Below are positions 28,739 to 38,653 of a stretch of DNA of 64,000 nucleotides, one piece after another. Source of the DNA: Cyanobacteria bacterium auto_48_18 (GTDB lineage: Bacteria; Cyanobacteriota; Vampirovibrionia; Obscuribacterales; Obscuribacteraceae); NCBI GenBank assembly GCA_036170915.1, contig JAVHQC010000022.1:351420-415419 (forward strand), in the 5' to 3' direction. Position 1 is the stretch's first letter. Every line of letters starts with the position of its first letter. Below the pieces are notes generated by a model. The model was not told the DNA's origin and searched no databases. It saw nothing but the letters and a program-made list of their open reading frames with translations. Position numbers and translations under genes: made by a program.

Positions 28739-29439
28739 GTAAGCGAACAATACTTTCACTATTAGCTTGTCTGTTAACAACCGCACCGGCTTTGGCCGGC
28801 CCTGAGCTGCAATATCAAAACCCGAGAGCTCTCTATGATGCCGGCAAATATAGTCAGGCTTTGCTGGGCTTTGAAGCCATTGCCAGGGCTAAGCCAACAG
28901 ATGCTACCGCGCATTATTTCATCGGCCTTTGCTGTCAAAATCTTTTGCAGAAGAACCGTGCGGTCAAAGAGTTTCAGTATGTAGCTGCCACAAGCAGCAA
29001 TGCTCAGCTGAGGCAAATGGCGCAAAAAGCCCTGGCTGGATTGGCATCAAGCTCTCAAACGGTAACCACTGGGTTCTCTGCTCGCGATCGCGCTGCTGCG
29101 GCCAGTCGCTGGGCTAGCGTAGCCGCCCTTTCTGCTGGGCCCAATGTGGGCAGAGTGCGTGGTAGTCGCGTAAGAAAAGTAATTGAGTTTTACACAAAAT
29201 GGTGCCATGTCTGCAATGAATTTGCGCCGACATTTGAGCAGACCAAGAAAAATTACGACGGCCGGGTAGAGTTTCTGCAGCTTGATGCTGAAGACGCTAC
29301 TAATGCCGAAATGACGGCAAAGTATGCCGTTAAGCGTTATCCGACTTTGATTTATCTAGACACTAATGGCTTTGTGCTGCGGCGCAGTGAAGGAGCACCG
29401 ATGGGTGCTAATTTCGCTAATACCATTGAAAGTCTATAG
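28735..29439 (+). CDS. secreted TPR plus thioredoxin-domain protein
   Basis: Signal peptide; TPR-like AHYFIGLC; FYTKWCHVC and YPTL cis-Pro loop. Confidence 0.88.
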   Translation: MSKRTILSLLACLLTTAPALAGPELQYQNPRALYDAGKYSQALLGFEAIARAKPTDATAHYFIGLCCQNLLQKNRAVKEFQYVAATSSNAQLRQMAQKALAGLASSSQTVTTGFSARDRAAAASRWASVAALSAGPNVGRVRGSRVRKVIEFYTKWCHVCNEFAPTFEQTKKNYDGRVEFLQLDAEDATNAEMTAKYAVKRYPTLIYLDTNGFVLRRSEGAPMGANFANTIESL

Positions 29440-29513
29440 AGTGGAATTGTTTGGCGGCAAGATTGTACCGGTTGCCGAGGTCATCAGTCGCATTAAGATT
29501 TCAGCGAAAGGAA

Positions 29514-29545
29514 AGCAAAGTACAGCAAAGTACAGCAAAGTACAG
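29514..29545. repeat. 10-bp tandem repeat (AGCAAAGTAC)x3
   Basis: Direct inspection. Confidence 0.9.
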
Positions 29546-29707
29546 TAAATAAAGGCAGGCATGGATGATGTGCCGCTAATTATGACCGTTTTCAATTGTC
29601 ACACAAGCAATTGCACTTTAGAGCGTGGTCCTTTGCTTTTTGTTTCAGGCCACTTAAGAGTGGAGAACCTGATTAAAGGTGGTGCTACAGTAATTGAGTA
29701 GGGCGAT

Positions 29708-29872
29708 TTGAGACGCAGCGCTAGTGAACATGACACTGACTGGCGCGATGTTTTGATTGATGGGGTCTTTGCCAGCGAAGACGATATGCAGCCTGAAGCC
29801 GAACTTTTACCGGCGCACCACTCTGCTGGTAGAGAATTTTCAATCAGAAATCTGATACGAATCTGTCGATGA
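29708..29872 (+). CDS. possible 54-aa small acidic protein
   Basis: TTG...TGA, MRRSASEHDTDWRDVLIDGVFASEDDMQPEAELLPAHHSAGREFSIRNLIRICR; purine-rich GAGTAGGG upstream. Confidence 0.3.
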   Translation: MRRSASEHDTDWRDVLIDGVFASEDDMQPEAELLPAHHSAGREFSIRNLIRICR

Positions 29873-29952
29873 AAGATGGAAATTGAAAGTTAGACGAAAC
29901 TTAAGTCGTATTAAATAGATTTAGTGGTGCCACTAAAATTCAACTAAGTACC

Positions 29953-29976
29953 TGTCGACCCGCGTCGGCATTTTTT
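29953..29976 (+). terminator. intrinsic terminator-like hairpin just upstream of the SulP gene
   Basis: TGTCGAC-ccgc-GTCGGCA followed by TTTTTT. Confidence 0.6.
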
Positions 29977-30027
29977 GTATAGATTTTTGTGCTTAGAGGT
30001 TCATGTTGACGGAACTCTGGAGGTTAG

Positions 30028-31593
30028 ATGACATCGAAAAAAATAGACAGCGGGCAGTCACCAGGGTTATCCGGAGAACTTTCGGCCGCCTTCCTTTTAC
30101 TATTAGTTGCCCTTCCACTTAATATTGGTGTTGCCATTGCTGCTGGTGTGCCCGCTGAGACCGGACTTTTTTCCGGCTTCATTGGTGCCGTGGTCACAGG
30201 AGGCCTGTCACGCTGCGCCATGCTCGTATCAGGGCCTGACGCGGGTATTGGCGCCTTAGTGGCCGAGATGCTGCAGAAACAAGGTGTGGCGGCTCTAGGC
30301 CCAATTGTCTTGATTGCTGGACTGATGCAATTAGCGATTGGTCTGAGCAGGCAGGCTCGATGGTTCCGGGCTGTTTCACCCGCGGTTGTGAGCGGCATGC
30401 TTCTCGGCATGGGTTTGCTGATTGTTGTCACTCAATTTCATATTATGCTCGACGACTCGCCCAAAGAAACTGGACTGGCAAACCTGGTGATGATTCCGCA
30501 AGCTTTCATGCAAGGTTTGAATCACAGTGCCGCATTGCTTGGGCTGGCTTCCATATTGCTGGCATACGGCTGGTCCAAGTTGAACTTCAAAGTGGCCAAG
30601 ATTCTGCCACCGGCTCTAGTGGCAATCGTTGTTGCCTCAGTCTGTGCTGAGATGCTTAATCTTGGGGTGCAAAAAGTACAAATTCCAGCAGATCTTGGGC
30701 TGGCATTTCTTCCCACCAAAGCTGGCTTGATGAAGTTCTTTCTTGATCCTGCTATCTGGATATCGGCTACGACGCTGACGTTTGTCATCAGCGCTCAATC
30801 GATTATTACAGTAAAGGCTTTAGAAGCTGCCGGAGAGGGAAGACAGCGCTTCAACTATGATCGCGAATTGATTTCGCAAGGTGCAGGTAATTTAGTCAGC
30901 GGCTTAATTTGTGGCCTCCCTGTGGCTGGAGTTTTACTGCGCAGTTCTGCCAACATGCAGACCGGAGCCAAGACGAAGATTCCAAATATAGTGCACGGAT
31001 GGTTGATGCTGATCGCTGCTTTTGCCTTTCCTCACTTGCTTGAATTTATCCCTACCTGCGCCCTGGCAGCGATTTTGGTTTACATCGGTCTGCGTATGGT
31101 GGCTACTATCCGCGGCACCATTGTGGACTATCCAAAAGACGAAAAGTTGCTCCTTGGCCTGACGGTTGTAGCTGTGCTGGTGACCAATTTGTTTACTGGC
31201 GTTCTCGTCGGTCTGGTGGCAGCCGTCGCTAAAGAACTTTATCGCTTAACTTATTTGAGAATTTCTATTTCAGAATTGAAAGCTCGCAAGGCGGTGGTCT
31301 TGAGACTTGAAGGCGCTGCCACGTTTGTCCACATTCCGCGTCTCTTAACCATTTTGCAAGAGCTTGAGCCTGATAAAGAACTGCACGTTCACTTAGAACA
31401 TGTAACTTACCTCGATCATGCGGTTTTGCAGGTGCTTATGGAATGGGAGATGGAGCATCGCAACATGCTGGTGATTGATTGGGAGTCAGCCGGAAACAGT
31501 GTATCCAATATAAACAAGCTGCAGAGCTCGGTTAATGTGCCTCAGACTTTTGGTCGCAAGCCTGATGACATACCGAAGCGAAGCGCGTCATAA
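30028..31593 (+). CDS. SulP (SLC26) anion transporter with STAS-like C-terminus
   Basis: VALPLNIGVAIAAG, VSGP, RELISQGAGN..SG..GLP, RSSAN, YLDH; RBS GGAGG. Confidence 0.93.
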   Translation: MTSKKIDSGQSPGLSGELSAAFLLLLVALPLNIGVAIAAGVPAETGLFSGFIGAVVTGGLSRCAMLVSGPDAGIGALVAEMLQKQGVAALGPIVLIAGLMQLAIGLSRQARWFRAVSPAVVSGMLLGMGLLIVVTQFHIMLDDSPKETGLANLVMIPQAFMQGLNHSAALLGLASILLAYGWSKLNFKVAKILPPALVAIVVASVCAEMLNLGVQKVQIPADLGLAFLPTKAGLMKFFLDPAIWISATTLTFVISAQSIITVKALEAAGEGRQRFNYDRELISQGAGNLVSGLICGLPVAGVLLRSSANMQTGAKTKIPNIVHGWLMLIAAFAFPHLLEFIPTCALAAILVYIGLRMVATIRGTIVDYPKDEKLLLGLTVVAVLVTNLFTGVLVGLVAAVAKELYRLTYLRISISELKARKAVVLRLEGAATFVHIPRLLTILQELEPDKELHVHLEHVTYLDHAVLQVLMEWEMEHRNMLVIDWESAGNSVSNINKLQSSVNVPQTFGRKPDDIPKRSAS

Positions 31594-31614
31594 CAAAAAA
31601 TAAGGAGGTGGATT

Positions 31615-32139
31615 ATGGAGAAGAAGAAGAAAACTGTGGAAGACGGCCATGGTATCAGGCTATTGGTGCCGATCAAGGGTTTGACTTGCGGCGAAACCGT
31701 TCAGGATATTTTGTTTGCCAATAAAGACTTGCCCTTTCAGGAAGTCACCTTTTTGCATGTAATTGAAAACGACCTGCTCAGTGATCCGGCCTATACATCT
31801 ATGGAAGCAATCAGCCGACTTAGCTCACAAGATCGCAAAGCGATTGAAGCACGATTATTTCTTGAGGAGTTGTCTGCCAGAGTTGGGAGCTTTTTGCAAG
31901 CTGAAATTAAAAGTAGCGCTGTGGTGGCTGAGGATATTGCTAAATGCATTATCAATCAAGCTAAGAAAAATTCTTGCAATCTTGCCATTCTGCTCGCTGA
32001 CAATGACTCTTTCAATGAAGGTTGGTTTAGCACCAGCGTAATTAAAACTGTGTTGAAAAAGGCACCAGCTGATTTGCGCGTTCACGTGATTCGACCTGCT
32101 GAACAAGAAGGTCTCAAGTTTGGCATCAAATTGCGTTAG
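31615..32139 (+). CDS. universal stress protein (USP)-like
   Basis: RLLVPI, VTFLHVIE, I...A, SVIKTVLKKAP..VHVIR; RBS AAGGAGG. Confidence 0.7.
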   Translation: MEKKKKTVEDGHGIRLLVPIKGLTCGETVQDILFANKDLPFQEVTFLHVIENDLLSDPAYTSMEAISRLSSQDRKAIEARLFLEELSARVGSFLQAEIKSSAVVAEDIAKCIINQAKKNSCNLAILLADNDSFNEGWFSTSVIKTVLKKAPADLRVHVIRPAEQEGLKFGIKLR

Positions 32140-32145
32140 CTCGCA

Positions 32146-33009
32146 CTATTTTCTAGCAATTTGCCCCATACGGCCTGCTTGATAGTCGCTTACGGCAACT
32201 CTAATTTCATCAGCGTTATTCATAACGAATGGACCATATCGAGCTATAGGTTCTTTCAATGGTTGGCCGGCCAGCAGTAAAAGACTGAGCGGCTTGTCAC
32301 CTGTTGCAGTAAAGCCGACCTTGTCGTCATCGCTTGCGAAAATCACAAGTTGATCTATGCCTGCAGTTTCACCAGCCACGCATCCTTGCCCCTCAATGAC
32401 GTAAGCCAGGGCTGTTTGATCAGCCGGAATAGCTTGCTCAAAGCTGGCACCAGGTTGAAGAATGACATGCAAATAAAGAATGGGAATGCGAGTGGCAATG
32501 ACAGCTTCTTTACCCATGGCACTACCAGCGATTACTTTCACCCAGACCGCTTTGTCTTCGCTTTCGTATACGGGGATATTGGCCGACAGCGTATCTTGAT
32601 AGCGCGGGGCGATCATTTTGTCGCTTTGTGGAAGATTGATCCAGAGTTGAAAGCCGTTTAGTCGCCCACCTTTTTTGCGGAAGTTTTCCTCCGGCATTTC
32701 GGAGTGCACAAGACCCGAGCCTGCAGTCATCCATTGCACGTCTCCGGCTGCAATCACACCTTTGTTACCGGCTGAGTCTTCGTGCTGCAACGCCCCTTCC
32801 AGCATGTAAGAAACAGTCTCGAAGCCCCGATGTGGGTGATCAGGAAAGCCTGAAGCTTGACCAGGCGCGTAGTCAATTGGACCCATATGGTCTAGCAGTA
32901 AGAAGGGATCGATATTGTCTAAATTGTGAGTGGGGAATGGCCTGTGTACGGTCACCCCAGCGCCTTCTCTGGCGGTAATGGCGGTGACGATTGATTTTAC
33001 TGATCTCAT
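32146..33009 (-). CDS. pirin family protein
   Basis: DPFLLLDH, HPHRGFETVSY, QWMTAGSGLVHSE, QLWINLP, YGPFVMN. Confidence 0.97.
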   Translation of the reverse strand: MRSVKSIVTAITAREGAGVTVHRPFPTHNLDNIDPFLLLDHMGPIDYAPGQASGFPDHPHRGFETVSYMLEGALQHEDSAGNKGVIAAGDVQWMTAGSGLVHSEMPEENFRKKGGRLNGFQLWINLPQSDKMIAPRYQDTLSANIPVYESEDKAVWVKVIAGSAMGKEAVIATRIPILYLHVILQPGASFEQAIPADQTALAYVIEGQGCVAGETAGIDQLVIFASDDDKVGFTATGDKPLSLLLLAGQPLKEPIARYGPFVMNNADEIRVAVSDYQAGRMGQIARK

Positions 33010-33036
33010 GATGACCTCTTTGCGTATTTCGCAAAT

Positions 33037-33091
33037 TACTTTGATATCAAACTATTGTAGTGCAAAGTTGAGATACTTTGATGTCAAAGTA
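33037..33091. promoter_or_regulatory. two palindromic operator boxes in the pirin/MarR divergent promoter
   Basis: TACTTTGATATCAAACTA (33037-33054) and TACTTTGATGTCAAAGTA (33074-33091). Confidence 0.8.
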
Positions 33092-33111
33092 AATTATGTT
33101 ACAATCCGGTT

Positions 33112-33606
33112 ATGAGCAAATTGAAAACATCAGTGATCACGACAGCGAAAGCGCCTCAATTGTCCGCAGATAGTGAAGCTGCTCTGCATTTATTTCGCGT
33201 TTTATTTAAGGCTAATCGAGTGCTTGAGCAGTATTCTTTGCGCAGTACGGAGACGCTCAGTATTTGCCCCAGCGATTTCTATATTTTAGAGGCTTTACTG
33301 CACAAGGGGCCCATGCCCATGGGTGTTATCGCCGGCAAGGTACTGCTGACCCTCGGGTCGCTGTCAGTGGCTGTTGACCGTTTAGAAGAAAGAGGTCTCG
33401 TGGTGCGTCAGGCGCTTGCGCTTGATAAGCGCACCAAGCTTATTCATCTGACAAAGTCTGGCGAGAAGTTGGTCTCGGCACATTTTAAAGGTCATGCTGA
33501 GGAGCTTACAGCGGCAATGTCAGGTTTGAATATACAGGAACAAAAGAAAGCCACTCAGTTGATAAAAAAGTTGGGTTTGTCCGCAGCGGCTAAGTTGCAA
33601 GCTTAA
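33112..33606 (+). CDS. MarR family regulator (MhqR-like)
   Basis: SDFYILEALLHKGP, VDRLEERGLV.R, DKR...IHLT..G. Confidence 0.93.
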   Translation: MSKLKTSVITTAKAPQLSADSEAALHLFRVLFKANRVLEQYSLRSTETLSICPSDFYILEALLHKGPMPMGVIAGKVLLTLGSLSVAVDRLEERGLVVRQALALDKRTKLIHLTKSGEKLVSAHFKGHAEELTAAMSGLNIQEQKKATQLIKKLGLSAAAKLQA

Positions 33607-35927
33607 GCCGTCCCGCAATTTTTCGAGGCCAGAGGCAATTCAAACCAAAATGTACTACCAACATTGAGTTCGCTGTCCACGCCAATGGTGCCACCATGTG
33701 CTTCCACTATTGCTTTGCAAATCGCCAGTCCGAGACCGGCGCCCTTTTTTTCAATGCGATCGTCAGATTCAACCTGTTTAAAGCGCTGAAAAATTGACTT
33801 TCTGAATTCGATTGGTATGCCGCGTCCTTGATCTACGACCTTTATCAGCGTGCAGTCAAGATTTGATTCTGACGAAACTGTGATAGTGGAATCTGCTTGT
33901 GAAAATTTGATCGCATTAGATATGAGGTTAACCAACACTTGTAAGATTCGCTCTCTGTCCGCCCATAGTGATCCGCAATCGCCCACTATAAGGCTGACGT
34001 TTGCTTTCTCTGCAGAAATGCGCACCAGTTGAAAGGCAGCGTCAACTAATTCTTCTAGCTGCAGATCTGTTTTTTTCAGTTCGACGGTGCCTGATTCGAG
34101 TGATTCAAGTTGTAATAAATTTTCAATTAAACTCGACATGTAGTTCGCGCTGTTGTAAGCGATGCCGATTAGCTCGGCAACCTCAGGCTCGATATTGTAG
34201 AGTTGATCGTCCAGTAGAGCGAGAGAGCCCTTTATTGAGGTGAGCGGCGCGCGCAAATCGTGGCTAACCATTGATACCATTTCTGACTTGCGTAGGGATG
34301 CATCAAGAGCGCCGTCACGAGCCACGAGCAGTTCTTGGGAGAGCTCCGTTAGTTGACTGTTGAGTGCATCAAGTTCTTCTACCTGCTGTTGTAGCTCTAC
34401 AGCACGTTTTTTCGCCGCCGCAGATAGTGCAGCATCTAAAAGACCGTTGCGCAATTCCAATGCATTGCTAATTTCTGGGCTCGACCAGGGCTGCGACATA
34501 CCTGACACTTTCTCTTTCCACAGCTCAAATGACTTGCGTGGGTGAAGGTGTGCTTCGGCATCAGCCGATTTTTCTGGATTGCCTGCCCAGTGTATCTCTT
34601 TTTCTTGCTGGGGCCTAAACCAGAGCAACCATCTTGAGGCCGTGGTGCTGATGCGCACCGCCAGTAGACCGCTGGCGAGACCTTCCATTCCTTTTGCTGC
34701 TGGTATTATTTTTGCCAGCGAGTCAGTTGCGAACACAATGTCGCTCATGTTTTGCGATAGGCCCAAAGCCAAAAGGTTGACATCGTCTTTGCTAGGGGTT
34801 TCACCGACTAGATAAGTGGCATCATTCCAAATTACTGCTGCACCCTCTGCCCGTGCAATCTCAAGTAGCTTGCCAGAGCTGGCTATGGCAGCAGGTACAT
34901 CCTCCTGGGCGAAAACGTGCAGCAGCAAATCTTTCCGGTTGTGATTTAACTCGACAATAGTTTGATAGTTTTCTCGCTCTTCCAGCGTGTCTATTTGCAG
35001 TGAGACCAGGCGGGCGATAAACTCGCATGCTTGCCTGGTGCGATAGTCAACATGTCTTGGTGTGAAATGATGGCAGGCAATCAGGCCACGAAGAGAGTCA
35101 TTATTTACCAGAGAAAGCGACATGGAGGCAGCGACTTTCATGTTCTTCAAGTATTCAATATGTATTGGAGACATGCTGCGTAAAATCGATAAACTCAGAT
35201 CGAGCGGCGCGCCGGTGCTTGGATTGTTGGCCGGCAGTATTGCTGCCGGTTGAGCATTGACATCAACCAGCAGGCGAAGATAATTGCGTTTGTACAGCTC
35301 GCGAGCTTGAGCTGGAATGTCACTGGCCGGAAACTGCAGGTGCAGATAGCTTTCTACGCCGTCTGCTTTGCATTCGGCCTCTACTGTCCCGTTCCACTGT
35401 TTGTCAAACAGATACAACAGCACTCTGTCGAAGCCTGTAAAGCTTTGCACAAATTGCACGGAGGTTTCAAGCAGTTTTTGTTTGCTATCACAGGCGAGCA
35501 ACTGCGAAACAGCATCATTGCTGGTGCGAAAGAAATCTAACGATTGCTCGGCCTTACGACTTTCTGCTTCTTCTAGCTCAAGTACGAGAAGTTCTTCAGA
35601 GACATGAATCACTGCATCAAATGCTTTCGACGTTGGCCGGCAGTTTACCACCAAGCGTAATGGATTAAGCTGGGCTACACCTGTTAGCGAAAGCCTTGTG
35701 GTCAGCTCTGTTCTGGCAGTTTCGCCAATTAAGAATTGCAGCGGTTTGCCGATAATTTCGCTGGATGCGATACCAAATATGGTGGCAGCAGATTCGCTCA
35801 CTTGTAAAATCAATAGCTCAGAACGAGACATGGTGAGTAAAACGCCGTGTGGCTGAATCGCGCCAGGAATGTGGATTTTCTCGTCTTCGCAGAGTAACGG
35901 CTCTGTTCCCATTTGACGTTGTTGCAC
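33603..35927 (-). CDS. bphP: bacteriophytochrome histidine kinase (PAS-GAF-PHY-HisKA-HATPase)
   Basis: LCEDEKIHIPGAIQPHG, GFDRV, FPASDIPAQAR, LRSMSPIHIEYL, WFRP, WAGNP, PRKSF, SHDLRAPL, NLISNAIKF, GAGLGL. Confidence 0.96.
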   Translation of the reverse strand: MQQRQMGTEPLLCEDEKIHIPGAIQPHGVLLTMSRSELLILQVSESAATIFGIASSEIIGKPLQFLIGETARTELTTRLSLTGVAQLNPLRLVVNCRPTSKAFDAVIHVSEELLVLELEEAESRKAEQSLDFFRTSNDAVSQLLACDSKQKLLETSVQFVQSFTGFDRVLLYLFDKQWNGTVEAECKADGVESYLHLQFPASDIPAQARELYKRNYLRLLVDVNAQPAAILPANNPSTGAPLDLSLSILRSMSPIHIEYLKNMKVAASMSLSLVNNDSLRGLIACHHFTPRHVDYRTRQACEFIARLVSLQIDTLEERENYQTIVELNHNRKDLLLHVFAQEDVPAAIASSGKLLEIARAEGAAVIWNDATYLVGETPSKDDVNLLALGLSQNMSDIVFATDSLAKIIPAAKGMEGLASGLLAVRISTTASRWLLWFRPQQEKEIHWAGNPEKSADAEAHLHPRKSFELWKEKVSGMSQPWSSPEISNALELRNGLLDAALSAAAKKRAVELQQQVEELDALNSQLTELSQELLVARDGALDASLRKSEMVSMVSHDLRAPLTSIKGSLALLDDQLYNIEPEVAELIGIAYNSANYMSSLIENLLQLESLESGTVELKKTDLQLEELVDAAFQLVRISAEKANVSLIVGDCGSLWADRERILQVLVNLISNAIKFSQADSTITVSSESNLDCTLIKVVDQGRGIPIEFRKSIFQRFKQVESDDRIEKKGAGLGLAICKAIVEAHGGTIGVDSELNVGSTFWFELPLASKNCGTA

Positions 35928-36097
35928 CTGTAACCATTAGACATATATATCCAGATATCATACCCTCATTGGCAAAATTTTCGCCAGTCGAAGCTCATCA
36001 ACTGGTCAGTTAACCGTTCACTTTATTAAGTGACACGGTGCATCGTTTTGGCTCCGCTTAGCACTCTAAATTGAGATTAGTCAACAGGAGGCGAACT

Positions 36098-38071
36098 ATG
36101 CAAGTGCCCGACGAACCAATGCAGTTGGAAAATAAAATTGGTCTATTCTGGTTAAACAGGATAGGCATCGGAGCTCTAGTGCTCGGCTTTGCTTTCTTGA
36201 TGATGTATTCCATTCAGCAGATGGGCCCCCTACTTAAAATTGCCATTGGTTTGATTGTTTCTGCCGCCCTGGTACTGGGTGGTGAACTGATGGGGCGGCA
36301 AGATAATCGTCGCTGGTTTGGCCATGGCCTGGCGGCAGGTGGATGGTCGCTCGCTTATTTCGTCACTTATGCTGCTTATTACATTCAACAGTCACAGGTA
36401 ATTTATTCTTTACCGCTTGAAACTTTTTTATTGCTTAGCGTGGCCATAGGCTCGCTTGGTTGGGCCGTGCGCGCTCGTTCTGAGCCACTGGCCATACTTT
36501 CTCTGGCGCTGGCTGGGGTCTCTATTTTGTTTAGCGAACCCAGTCTCATGGCTGATAGCTCCTTTCTCATACTGGCTGCTCTAGCATCATTTTTGGGTTA
36601 TCGCCAGGGTTGGAAAATGCTTTTTGCATTTGCCCTGGGTGTTTGTTATTTCGGGCATTATTACTGCAGCCAGGGTCTTGTCTCCGGCGGCAGCGCCACG
36701 TCAGATCCGCTCTTATCTGCCCTGTTCATCTCGTGCATCTGGCTGTCATTTTCTATTGGACTGGGCTATTGCACAAAGCTTGATCAAGCCAAAAACACTT
36801 TTGTAATTTCAGTTTCTTACGCTAATGCTGCATTGTTTGCTTTCGGGCTCTGTGCTTTCGGTAACAGTCTCGATAAAAACGTGGTGGAGACAATCTTAGC
36901 GGCGTCAGGTGCAGTTTATTTGGCAATGGCCAGATGGTTGCATAAACGCCACTGCGCGAGCCTTGCCAACGTGCATTTCTTGCTCGGTCTGGCACTTCTG
37001 AACGGCGCTAAAGGCATGCGTTTTACAGGAATGGAAATGCTCAGCCTCGATATTATGCAGATTTGGCTATTGATGGTGCTGGGAATAAAGAACAATATTT
37101 CCGCCTTTAAATATTTTGCTTACTTTTTGCTGGTGGTCTTTACTGGACAGTGGCTTTTAGAATGTGGGAGATACGCAGGCGATGCAATCTATGGTTTTAC
37201 CTGTTTCCCTTGCGATAAAATGGCACTGGTAGCTGTTATAGCCTTTGCTCATGTGGCTTCCTTCAGCCGTAACCATCTAGAGGGAAACAGCCAGGATGCA
37301 AGCGAATTTGGGCCGCTAGGCGCTTTTACCGCCGTGAATTTTCACGAAAAAGCATTCTATCTGTTTGCCAATGTGATGTATTTCTTGCTCGCCCAGCATC
37401 TCGTCTCACTTTCTGCTCTCTGTTTGGCTTTAGCCGTGCAGTGTGCCATTGCACTACATCTTGGCGTGAAATTGAAAGACCAATTTTATTCTTCATTTGG
37501 TGTGGTCACGTTCATAGCTTGTGTTATGGCCACTTGTCAGTATTATTACCACTGGACAAGCCTGTTTACTGGTCTTGAAGTTGTAGTCTTCTACGCACTC
37601 TATTTTGCTTCGAGAAAACATCAAGCAGGAGATTGCTTCGAATCTGACTGCATCAAACTGCTCGCACCACATGCGGCGACCGGGCTTCTTACTGTGCTTT
37701 TGATAAAAGAGATCACTGGGACATATTTGACTTTTACTTTGGGTCTAGAAGGTTTGCTTTTGATGATCGTCGCCTTTTTACTCAAAGACAGAATTTTGCG
37801 AACTCATGCGTTTTCGGTTATTTTTGTTCTCGTGGCTAAATTGCTACTCTTTGATCTGGCTAACCGCGGCACTCTTGAGCGCATCGTTTCATTCATCGGC
37901 GCGGGTGTGACTTTATTGCTTTCGTCCTACGTATATGCATTGGGCACCCACGCGTTTAAGTCGAAAGAAGCTGACCAATCTTTAAAGCCGCCGTTAAAGC
38001 CTTCGGAGCAGCTTGAGCATTCTGAAGAAGCAGAGGTTGTGGCGGACAATTTCTGTGTGGAAGCTCCCTAG
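36098..38071 (+). CDS. DUF2339 family membrane protein
   Basis: LENKIG..WLNRIG N-terminus; KLLLFDL....LERIVSFIGAG C-terminus; ATG 36098 follows AGGAGG (ORF track starts at 36071). Confidence 0.85.
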   Translation: MQVPDEPMQLENKIGLFWLNRIGIGALVLGFAFLMMYSIQQMGPLLKIAIGLIVSAALVLGGELMGRQDNRRWFGHGLAAGGWSLAYFVTYAAYYIQQSQVIYSLPLETFLLLSVAIGSLGWAVRARSEPLAILSLALAGVSILFSEPSLMADSSFLILAALASFLGYRQGWKMLFAFALGVCYFGHYYCSQGLVSGGSATSDPLLSALFISCIWLSFSIGLGYCTKLDQAKNTFVISVSYANAALFAFGLCAFGNSLDKNVVETILAASGAVYLAMARWLHKRHCASLANVHFLLGLALLNGAKGMRFTGMEMLSLDIMQIWLLMVLGIKNNISAFKYFAYFLLVVFTGQWLLECGRYAGDAIYGFTCFPCDKMALVAVIAFAHVASFSRNHLEGNSQDASEFGPLGAFTAVNFHEKAFYLFANVMYFLLAQHLVSLSALCLALAVQCAIALHLGVKLKDQFYSSFGVVTFIACVMATCQYYYHWTSLFTGLEVVVFYALYFASRKHQAGDCFESDCIKLLAPHAATGLLTVLLIKEITGTYLTFTLGLEGLLLMIVAFLLKDRILRTHAFSVIFVLVAKLLLFDLANRGTLERIVSFIGAGVTLLLSSYVYALGTHAFKSKEADQSLKPPLKPSEQLEHSEEAEVVADNFCVEAP

Positions 38072-38146
38072 AAACAGAAATGTTTTTTACTTAATTCTCT
38101 AACCGTTACTGCCATTATCATTTGCGGCATACATCAATACTGGAAT

Positions 38147-38653
38147 TTGATGGCAGCTCAAGCGGTGAAAGAGGCTATGTTGGAAAGTATTTTGATTTTG
38201 CAAGAAAAAATTGGTGAGCCTAACTATGCAGCGCAAGAGCTAGAGCACGCTGGATATCGCGTGGTAACGGTGCCTAAATTGTCTGTGGCCATAAGTTGGT
38301 TGAGGGTTAATACACCGATTTTGATTGTGGCCCCCGTGCATTTAATCGACGACAATGTTTTCGACTTGCTGCGCTTTGTGCGAAATGATTTTCAGCTAAA
38401 AGACACCAAAATTATGCTTTATTGCGTGACTGATTCGCCTTTCACAATGGGAATGAGTAATACGATTTCGTCGGCAGCGCGAGCCATGGGTGCCAATGCC
38501 GTTTTAATTGGCCATGATTTTGTTAGTAAGGCTTTCTGGCAGACGGTCAGTCCTTTGCTTCCTACTGCGAATGACAAACCGTTGCCCGTCTCTGATTCTG
38601 AAAAAATCCGTTTATTCATGGCTGATCAAGAAATCAGTCATAGTGACACGTAA
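38147..38653 (+). CDS. atypical single-domain response-regulator receiver
   Basis: REC pattern (ILIL, AGYRV, P.LIV, DLLRFVR.D..LKD.KI, ARAMGANA) but lacking the acidic pair and phospho-Asp. Confidence 0.65.
   Translation: MMAAQAVKEAMLESILILQEKIGEPNYAAQELEHAGYRVVTVPKLSVAISWLRVNTPILIVAPVHLIDDNVFDLLRFVRNDFQLKDTKIMLYCVTDSPFTMGMSNTISSAARAMGANAVLIGHDFVSKAFWQTVSPLLPTANDKPLPVSDSEKIRLFMADQEISHSDT

Noticed and set aside
29550..29760. Fluoride or c-di-AMP riboswitch before SulP-USP
   Set aside because: Only fragments (GGCGAT, GCTAGTGA) match; the conserved pairing could not be formed
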